In this document: positions 18,928-24,901 of the stretch, piece after piece
Position numbering within the stretch: the first letter of the stretch is position 1
Layout of the letters: each line of letters begins with the position of its first letter
DNA from: a virus
Lineage: Duplodnaviria > Caudoviricetes
Length of the DNA: 24,901 bases
Direction: 5' to 3' (one strand)
Virus record (IMG/VR): IMGVR_UViG_3300032225_002328
Span: 1-24,901 of that record
Translations under genes and position numbers: made by a program
Notes under the pieces: generated by a model
What the model saw: the letters and a program-made list of their open reading frames with translations, nothing else
Databases searched by the model: none
Told to the model about the DNA's origin: nothing

Positions 18928-19619
18928 TAAAAAATAGTCCTTCCTTGTGAATATAGATGAGAAACTGAAGCAATTTTTTGCTTTATAGCTTGTCTTGTGT
19001 TTTTATCAGATAAAGCTATTGAAATTTCTCTATTTAAAACCTTAAACATATCTGATTTATCCATTACAGATTGAGATTTGTTATTAAACCATGCTTCACC
19101 AAACACTGCCAAAACCTGCGCTGGATTACTATTTGAATCCGGTATGTTTTTATTTACAACAACCGTCTTTGGGACTTTTGTAACTTTTGCTTCACTATCT
19201 TGAGCATTTGCCAGCACAGTTTTACTATTCATAGTAATAATCTTACCACTTATATTTACTTTTGACCCTAGTACGCTCTGAGGGCTTTGTTGGGGTATTG
19301 TAGTGGCACCTTTATTGCTTGAGGCAGCTAAAATAGCGGTTACCCGCCCACCTGTAATTTGACCTCTTGATATTGTATATTTTTTTGCAAAATTTACTCC
19401 GGCGGTATTCCAATCGTAAAGATTTTCAAACTTTTTTCTGTCGGCTTTTGCAGCCATAGACATATCTAATATAAATTGAGTTGCCAATATAGTAAATGCT
19501 GCTTCTCCTATTTTTTGCAAAGCATAGTTACTTTTTAACTCTTCTAATGCAAAAACTTTGTTAGAAATTTCATTATTTATTTTTTTAATTGCTGAATCAT
19601 TAAGACGAAGTGTTATCAT
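18927..19619 (-). CDS. Putative tail-completion/neck protein (HK97 gp10 position)
   Basis: 230 aa, basic, between head closure and tail terminator genes. The call rests mainly on synteny. Confidence 0.5.
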   Translation of the reverse strand: MITLRLNDSAIKKINNEISNKVFALEELKSNYALQKIGEAAFTILATQFILDMSMAAKADRKKFENLYDWNTAGVNFAKKYTISRGQITGGRVTAILAASSNKGATTIPQQSPQSVLGSKVNISGKIITMNSKTVLANAQDSEAKVTKVPKTVVVNKNIPDSNSNPAQVLAVFGEAWFNNKSQSVMDKSDMFKVLNREISIALSDKNTRQAIKQKIASVSHLYSQGRTIF

Positions 19620-20058
19620 TATATTGCACCTGCACTCTTGATAGATTGGAATGGTAATGAGAAGTTTTTCCTAAAGGATCCATTTCTGCATGTGAAGATT
19701 TTACTTCAAAAATCATATCTGGATTACCGTAGCGGTCAAGCTCAACATAAACCTGTTCGTTTGCACTTGTTCTTATTGAAGTTACTCTCCATCTTTTGCT
19801 TAATGGAATTAAACTTTTCATTTTAATTTCTAAAATTTCATGATAAGGATTTGCATTTTTTGAATCAACAACATTAAACATCTTATCATCACCCTTAAAG
19901 GGTCCTCCGGAACGCATTGATTGAATAAAACATGGAATTGTAGAGTGATAAATCCATTCTCTTGTAATTGCACCACTTGATGATTGCGTATTTTTTTGAA
20001 TATAAATATCGCATTTCATAGACATAATTGAATTAGATATTGATGTTGCAAACATCAT
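19600..20058 (-). CDS. Putative head closure (head-tail stopper) protein
   Basis: 152 aa with DIY.....Q.SSGAITREW....TIPC...FEV, an SPP1 gp16-like pattern. It follows the adaptor with an ATGA overlap. Confidence 0.65.
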   Translation of the reverse strand: MMFATSISNSIMSMKCDIYIQKNTQSSSGAITREWIYHSTIPCFIQSMRSGGPFKGDDKMFNVVDSKNANPYHEILEIKMKSLIPLSKRWRVTSIRTSANEQVYVELDRYGNPDMIFEVKSSHAEMDPLGKTSHYHSNLSRVQVQYNDNTSS

Positions 20059-20999
20059 ATCACCACTATGCCGACATTCCTGTATTGATCAAGAATTCCG
20101 TCTACAATTACATTTCCTGTTCCATTAAACGCACCTCCGGCAAGTTTAAATTGGAGTTCACCAACTTTTACATCTGACAAATATTTGTTTCTCCATGCTG
20201 AGTCTTGTGAAAGTAAATCTCCAATTAAAAGAATAGAGCAGATTTTAATTTCTTGTGGAACATACTCATAACCAATTGTGCCAGTAAATGCGTATCTTGT
20301 TCCATTTCTAAACTTACCCCATTCTCTTACATTAACATCAATATTTGAATCATATCTTGTATCCCATCCGGGATTATAAATCCTAGCGGCTTTGCCAGTG
20401 GGGGTTAGTACTACTGTATATCCAAAAGAGTTGTAGCTCGCACTTGATGTGTTATCTACAACAAGAACATCATTTTCATAAATTTTGCTAATAGAAATCA
20501 TTCTTTCCGTAAGCTCTATTGCGTCAGAACCAATTCCAAAAATTTCTTGGTATCCGGTGCGTTGTCCAAACGTAAGGCTTGTATAGTTATTAATAATTGA
20601 TTTTGCTATTCTTTCAGCCTGAATTATTTGTTGTTCAGATTTATAATTTATATCTTGTGGTTTTGTACCAAAATTATAAAAATCAATGATTTCACTAACT
20701 GTTGCATAGGGAGTTGCTACTTCAGCAAAAGTTTGCTGTGTATATGAACCGGATGATAACGAATAGCTCCATAAAGCTTTCAAGTTTCTATCATATTGAA
20801 CTAAATCTCCTTCAATTGGATACGAATATGTTGTATATGTAGAATCATATGTTGCAGAACCAGAACTTAAAACAGTGTTGGTTGTATCGTCTGCATCATA
20901 TATAGTTACCGTAACAGACCCTGAAGCCGATGTTGCGCTTCCATTGTTTTGAATAACTAACTGTATGTTTTCAGGGTTTCCCCTTTGAATATGTTGCAA
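20055..20999 (-). CDS. Head-tail adaptor (connector) with an extra N-terminal Ig-like domain
   Basis: 314 aa with PYATVSEI...AERIAKSIINNYT...GYEYVPQEIKICSILLI...GTGNVIVDGILDQYR, a gp15/gp6-like pattern. TTG start with a GGAGGA RBS at 21007-21012. Confidence 0.75.
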   Translation of the reverse strand: MQHIQRGNPENIQLVIQNNGSATSASGSVTVTIYDADDTTNTVLSSGSATYDSTYTTYSYPIEGDLVQYDRNLKALWSYSLSSGSYTQQTFAEVATPYATVSEIIDFYNFGTKPQDINYKSEQQIIQAERIAKSIINNYTSLTFGQRTGYQEIFGIGSDAIELTERMISISKIYENDVLVVDNTSSASYNSFGYTVVLTPTGKAARIYNPGWDTRYDSNIDVNVREWGKFRNGTRYAFTGTIGYEYVPQEIKICSILLIGDLLSQDSAWRNKYLSDVKVGELQFKLAGGAFNGTGNVIVDGILDQYRNVGIVVI

Positions 21000-21015
21000 C
21001 TATGATTCCTCCAAT

Positions 21016-21405
21016 TTAAGAATAGTATTCTTGTGCCTCTCGTGGATTAGCTAGTCTAAATCCTTGTTCTAAATCAAAGATAGCCTGAGCTTCCCATTCT
21101 GGCATAGCAATAAATGGGTGCTGCTGAGTAAATGTATATCTTCCGACCTGATAAGTTGGATTCATTCTTTCCATTCTTACAAGAACTGTTTGAGAATTTG
21201 TAATATTGATTGATGGCTGTGGAAGAATATTTTCATCCACATCTTCTCTTTCAGCATTTGCAAATTTTTCATACATGCCGTATGTAACGCCCTCTTCTTC
21301 AAGAAGAAGGGCAATTCCTTCACGATTGGTCTTACTTGGAACCTCTACGCCAAAATCTTCTGCAATTTGACGAAGTTCTCCAATTTTAAATTTAGAAAAA
21401 GACAT
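21016..21405 (-). CDS. Hypothetical virion-module protein with an N-terminal HeH/Rho-N-like motif
   Basis: 129 aa; KFKIGELRQIAEDFGVEV...REGIALLLEE resembles helix-extension-helix motifs. GAAAGGA RBS and its own promoter motif. Confidence 0.6.
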   Translation of the reverse strand: MSFSKFKIGELRQIAEDFGVEVPSKTNREGIALLLEEEGVTYGMYEKFANAEREDVDENILPQPSINITNSQTVLVRMERMNPTYQVGRYTFTQQHPFIAMPEWEAQAIFDLEQGFRLANPREAQEYYS

Positions 21406-21432
21406 ATTTTTTCCTTTCGTTTGTATATTAGA

Positions 21433-21441
21433 ATTATATCA
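21433..21441 (-). promoter_or_regulatory. Extended -10 promoter motif TGATATAAT
   Basis: Immediately after the U-tract of the capsid terminator and upstream of an RBS. Confidence 0.7.
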
Positions 21442-21442
21442 G

Positions 21443-21478
21443 AAAAAAAGAAAAAGAGAGGAATTTCTTCCTCTCTTT
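21443..21478 (-). terminator. Rho-independent terminator after the major capsid gene
   Basis: 11-bp stem AAAGAGAGGAA-GAAA-TTCCTCTCTTT followed by TTCTTTTTTT on the minus strand. Confidence 0.9.
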
Positions 21479-21497
21479 CTCTTAAACCGATATATTA

Positions 21498-22712
21498 TCA
21501 GAATGTACCGGGTTGTGATCCTCTTGGGAGGTTTGGATCTGAAATCAAAGATCCGTTTGATACTGCGAAGGTTGAACCAAATGTTGGTGTAGTTCCTCCG
21601 ACAGCAATGTGCTTAACCAGAACATGTGCGTCATAGTTTTCGATTGCACAGCCAACACGGATGAATAGTGTGTATTCAATTGTGTCTTTCTTTGGCTGGA
21701 ACAAACGATAAACAACAACGTCACGCTTGATACCAATAATGAAGTTCTGTGGGAATGTAAGGTGAAGATCACCGTACTGTGTACCACTTGTTGTGTATCC
21801 ACCACTGTCTCCAAATTGCCTGTCGTTGTAGTCTCTTGTCTCATCCATTAGCGGAACATTTGTTACTGGAATTCCGAATGCGAATGGCGTAACTGTACCG
21901 GGACCTCCATCGTTAGCAGCAACGTCACCACGAATGACACCTGAAGAGATGTCGAATGGGTTGACGGAACCTGCTGAAGCTGTGAGGTTGTATAGGTAAT
22001 CCTGAGCCAAGTTGGAACCAACGAAGAAGCGCAGCTGGTTACGGCGTTGCTTGTACTTACGAGGCAACTGCTTAATTGCATTGTTAAATATTGTTCTGTC
22101 AAGACCATTTGTTCCTGAAGCAGAGTTTGCAGTAATAACATGTGCGTTAGAGTTGACAAGTGTACGGAAACCGTTGAAAGACTTAAGTAGACCATCGCTG
22201 GAAGTTGTGATTCCGTTGATTAGTACATCTTCAATGTCGTTACCTGCTTGTGTTGCCATAAGTCTTGCAATGTGATCCTCTAGATCTGGACCCTCAATGT
22301 TGTCCTCAAGTGCTTCTGCAGAAAGCTCCCAATCTAAACGGAGCTTCTTTGTTGTCAAAGAAATTTTGTAGAAGTTTGCACCTGCGGAAACCCAACCACC
22401 AGTACCACCTACAGCTGAAGCACCACCGGAGCTGACTGCATTGTAGTAGTCTGTTGGAGCATCTTCATAAGCCTGACGCATGATTCTCTGTCCTACCTGA
22501 ACGCGGTCAATTTCTGTTGTATTGGCTCTCATGCGAATTGTGCGAGCTGCCTTAGCAAGAATTGTTGCGTCCCACATGTAATCTAGGAATCGATTAGCCT
22601 GATCTGGATAGAGTAGACCAACACCTGATGTGGTGCCGTCTCCTGCGTTGTCCTTACCACCTGATCCAAGATCAGTTGTAGCAATAACCTTTTGTAAAAG
22701 TTCGTTACTCAT
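21498..22712 (-). CDS. Major capsid protein (HK97 fold)
   Basis: 404 aa with GLL.PDQANRFLDYMWDAT.L...R..RM, LTTKKLRLDWELS.EALEDNIEG.DLEDHIARLM and LPRKYK. It follows the protease, has a strong RBS, biased codons and a downstream terminator. Confidence 0.95.
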   Translation of the reverse strand: MSNELLQKVIATTDLGSGGKDNAGDGTTSGVGLLYPDQANRFLDYMWDATILAKAARTIRMRANTTEIDRVQVGQRIMRQAYEDAPTDYYNAVSSGGASAVGGTGGWVSAGANFYKISLTTKKLRLDWELSAEALEDNIEGPDLEDHIARLMATQAGNDIEDVLINGITTSSDGLLKSFNGFRTLVNSNAHVITANSASGTNGLDRTIFNNAIKQLPRKYKQRRNQLRFFVGSNLAQDYLYNLTASAGSVNPFDISSGVIRGDVAANDGGPGTVTPFAFGIPVTNVPLMDETRDYNDRQFGDSGGYTTSGTQYGDLHLTFPQNFIIGIKRDVVVYRLFQPKKDTIEYTLFIRVGCAIENYDAHVLVKHIAVGGTTPTFGSTFAVSNGSLISDPNLPRGSQPGTF

Positions 22713-22744
22713 ATTTTTATTTCACCACCTTTTTTTTTGAATTT
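22710..22744 (-). repeat. Duplicated translation-initiation region, copy 2 (major capsid)
   Basis: AAATTC-A9-GGTGGTGAAATAAAAATATG, near-identical to 18336..18369. Confidence 0.85.
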
Positions 22745-22757
22745 GTTTTTTTTAACG

Positions 22758-23240
22758 TTATAGACTTTTAACACCGAGGAAGTGTCCTTGCCATATGCTT
22801 TTTTCTATTTTTGTTGATTCCGTTGACTTTTCAAGGTCACCGGACTTCTTTACCGCTGTGTCACTTTCGTATGCATCAATTCTTTTCTCAAGAACATCAA
22901 TTCTTTTGAGTAAATCTGCGACATTGTTTGAAAGTTCGGTTGTTGTTGTTCCGAAATCAGTAATTGACTTGCCAAATTCTTCTTTGACTGAGTTAACTGC
23001 TGCAAACATGTCGGCAATTGTTGCTGCGTGAGTAGCGTAATTCTTTTCTATTGTGCCAACGACATCTGTTTTAAGACCGTCTAGCATTTTCGTAAAGTCT
23101 AAGTCTTCTACAGGAACTTCGTAAACGGTTGAGGCTTCCTCTACGGTTTCCCCAACTGTTTCTGTTGCTTCTGCGACTTCTTCTACTAATTCGTCAACCT
23201 GAGTAGCCTCTACTACTTCTGTTGTTGTTTCTTCTGCCAT
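22758..23240 (-). CDS. Probable nested in-frame capsid scaffolding protein (160 aa)
   Basis: AAAGGAGG at 23251-23258 lies 10 nt before an in-frame ATG at 23240. The product MAEETTTEVVE... is acidic, has a coiled coil (VADLLKRIDVLEKRIDAYE) and a short aromatic C-terminus. Confidence 0.7.
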   Translation of the reverse strand: MAEETTTEVVEATQVDELVEEVAEATETVGETVEEASTVYEVPVEDLDFTKMLDGLKTDVVGTIEKNYATHAATIADMFAAVNSVKEEFGKSITDFGTTTTELSNNVADLLKRIDVLEKRIDAYESDTAVKKSGDLEKSTESTKIEKSIWQGHFLGVKSL

Positions 23241-24113
23241 TTCTTCATTCCCTCCTTTGCTTAGAGTTTTATTTTTGTTACCCTTGAACTTATTTTGATC
23301 AGGATACAAATTTATTGTTTTGTCGCTGGAAATAACTCCAGCGTCTCCGTCCATTGTAGTTGCTGAATGATTTGAGTCTGGAGCATCATCTTTTTGCAAA
23401 TAATCGTTTACAGTTTTTTCTATTACAGCTGATTTTTCTGTATCAGATGATTCGACCCATCCAATAGCACTCATTGAAGTGCTACAAATAGCACAGTCTG
23501 TTTTTTCCAATGGGGATGTTGTTGCAATTTGATCTGCATTGCACCAAAAAATATTTTCAAGATCAATATCAGTAGCAATTCCTTTAAACATTAAGCCATC
23601 GACACCTTTTTGAATGGAAAAAATATTTGCCAGTGGGTTTGCTGGACTATCAACTAAAGAAAGCTCCATAAGCTCATAATCTTTAATGACTCTATTGTCT
23701 TCCTTGTCTCCCGGTTGATATCCAGCATCTACGATATTTCCTCCGATTGAAAAGCCTGTTAGGGTGCCGTCAAGAACTTTTTCCCATGTATCTTGTGCGC
23801 CTTTTGAAATGTAGGCATCAACATAAACACCTTTAAAATGTTGTTCAGTTTCTTTGTCAAAAAAATCTTGAGGTTTAAATGAAACAACTTTGCCCACTGC
23901 AATTGGTTGATGCATTTCTCTAAGATTTCCACGAAAACGAGCAAAAGCTTTTTCACTAGCGTCTGAAGTAACAATATCTCCATGTCTATCGATATTGTCA
24001 AGTGTCGCAAAGCCGGACACTGTGCGCTTTTCTTTATTTATTTTAGCAATAGGAAAAGAAATGTTTACTCTATTTTCACTATTGCTCCATGAAGCTTTGT
24101 TTAATTTACTCAT
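22758..24113 (-). CDS. HK97-family prohead (capsid maturation) protease fused to a scaffold domain
   Basis: Motifs VSGFAT..NIDRHGDIV, LREMHQ (His), TGFSIGG (Ser) and ELSLVDSPANP. ATG 24113 is preferred to the track's TTG 24122, which abuts the predicted -10 box. Confidence 0.92.
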   Translation of the reverse strand: MSKLNKASWSNSENRVNISFPIAKINKEKRTVSGFATLDNIDRHGDIVTSDASEKAFARFRGNLREMHQPIAVGKVVSFKPQDFFDKETEQHFKGVYVDAYISKGAQDTWEKVLDGTLTGFSIGGNIVDAGYQPGDKEDNRVIKDYELMELSLVDSPANPLANIFSIQKGVDGLMFKGIATDIDLENIFWCNADQIATTSPLEKTDCAICSTSMSAIGWVESSDTEKSAVIEKTVNDYLQKDDAPDSNHSATTMDGDAGVISSDKTINLYPDQNKFKGNKNKTLSKGGNEEMAEETTTEVVEATQVDELVEEVAEATETVGETVEEASTVYEVPVEDLDFTKMLDGLKTDVVGTIEKNYATHAATIADMFAAVNSVKEEFGKSITDFGTTTTELSNNVADLLKRIDVLEKRIDAYESDTAVKKSGDLEKSTESTKIEKSIWQGHFLGVKSL

Positions 24114-24122
24114 TGTAATCAA

Positions 24123-24151
24123 ATAATATCACTAACCTTACACAAAGGCAA
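24123..24151 (-). promoter_or_regulatory. Sigma70-type promoter TTGCCT-N17-TATTAT with extended TG
   Basis: -35 at 24146-24151, a 17-nt spacer ending TGA, and -10 TATTAT at 24123-24128, in the portal-protease gap. Confidence 0.65.
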
Positions 24152-24162
24152 AATTAATAATA

Positions 24163-24900
24163 CTACTGTACCTTTCTTCCTTCTCCTTGGGCATTTCTGT
24201 CACCCTCAAAATCTGAAGCATTTGATCTTCTTTGTTGATCTCTGTTTCTATTTCCGGATGCCTGCGTTCTTTGTTCTGCTTGTGCGCCTGCGGTAAGCTG
24301 AACTGGATCATCCCCACCGGGTCTTGGGGAAAGACCTTTACGCAATCTAACTTCATTGGGGGTAATAACCTGTGTTCTCAAATATGTTTCATCAATCTTG
24401 CTTTGCATCTGTTCGTCCGTTAAGGTTAACTCGTCAAATCTAAGTTCAAATGCATCTGTAAATTCTTTAACAAAAAGATTAATTTTTTGTTCAAGCATTT
24501 CTTGTGCTGGACGACAAACTTGCTCTTTAAATGTTTTATCTGCATCTTTTGCATTTGCCAAAGAAACTCCTTGAGGAGTTCCAATTTTTGAGATGGGAAC
24601 GCTGTGAGCAATTAGAATACGATCTCTATTTTCTACGGTGTAATTTTTAAAAGAAGAATCTTGAACTCCCGCTTCAATTGGTTCCATTTTAAATTCAACA
24701 CGAGCATTTTCTCCATCAGAGGGAAGGGGAATATAAAGAGTTCTATGATTTCTTCCCTTTAGCCCGGTTTGAAAGAATTCAAGCAATTTGCGTTCAGAGT
24801 CAGCAGATAGCTTAGCCCCTTTGACCGTAATAATATAACGAGGAACTGCTTTATTCTCAAAATAATCCAGATTGAAGCGAGATGCAAACTCATCACCTGC
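24163..24900 (-). CDS. Portal protein (HK97/PBSX-like), C-terminal part, truncated by the window's right edge
   Basis: The frame is open to 24900 (AGDEFASRFNLDYFENKAVPRYIITVKG...), beyond the track's start. Portal motifs include ILIAHSVP..KIG and VITPNEVR.RKGL.PRPGGD. Confidence 0.93.
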   Translation of the reverse strand, partial: AGDEFASRFNLDYFENKAVPRYIITVKGAKLSADSERKLLEFFQTGLKGRNHRTLYIPLPSDGENARVEFKMEPIEAGVQDSSFKNYTVENRDRILIAHSVPISKIGTPQGVSLANAKDADKTFKEQVCRPAQEMLEQKINLFVKEFTDAFELRFDELTLTDEQMQSKIDETYLRTQVITPNEVRLRKGLSPRPGGDDPVQLTAGAQAEQRTQASGNRNRDQQRRSNASDFEGDRNAQGEGRKVQ

Positions 24901-24901
24901 A

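Noticed and set aside
4110-24574. Short plus-strand ORFs in the track (4110, 7616, 10788, 13224, 14017, 15786, 16756, 17100, 17428, 19638, 21367, 22012, 22795, 24232, 24356)
   Set aside because: All are antisense shadows of convincing minus-strand genes or cross terminators. None has a recognisable motif.
1091-24611. Short alternative-frame minus-strand ORFs (1091, 1670, 4285, 9465, 14563, 17606, 21545, 21863, 23759, 24138, 24426)
   Set aside because: They have the Leu/Gln-rich composition typical of off-frame reading of A/T-ending codons and are nested in real genes. I noticed no supporting initiation or frameshift signal.
24163-24786. 207-aa portal starting at TTG 24786
   Set aside because: The frame is open to the window edge; the true start lies outside the window.
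1-24901. Stop-codon reassignment, introns or inteins
   Set aside because: Genes are full length and tightly packed under the standard code, with TAA, TGA and TAG all used as stops. I saw no intein or homing-endonuclease motifs and no unexplained gaps.
1-24901. tRNA, CRISPR array or structured ncRNA
   Set aside because: Intergenic gaps are all under ~100 bp and are accounted for by terminators, promoters and RBSs. I saw no cloverleaf or spaced direct repeats.

Overview
This window is a contiguous, AT-rich (roughly one-third GC by eye) virion morphogenesis module of a large tailed phage with a siphovirus-type layout, entirely on the minus strand. From the right end the order is: portal (5'-truncated), HK97-type prohead protease with a probable nested scaffold gene, major capsid, a small HeH-like protein, head-tail adaptor, head closure, tail completion, tail terminator, major tail tube, a tail assembly chaperone pair joined by a -1 frameshift, a 1996-aa tape measure, an expanded Dit, a 1507-aa tail tip/hub, two baseplate proteins, a 1033-aa tail fibre, a BppU-like adaptor and the start of a second fibre. 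Gene order and motifs recall large actinobacterial siphophages (inference). I saw no RNA genes, mobile elements or CRISPR arrays. The most notable signals are: (1) an apparent FN3 domain split between two genes; (2) apparent absence of CCWGG and GGCC, with all 23 Pro-Gly dipeptides encoded CCC/CCG-GGN; (3) a [ST]-A-S motif concentrated in predicted exposed virion domains; (4) an internal in-frame scaffold start; (5) a repeated TGATATAAT promoter, terminator-promoter cassettes and a duplicated leader on the capsid and tail-tube genes. All product calls come from motif recognition and synteny, and all counts were done by eye; no searches were run.
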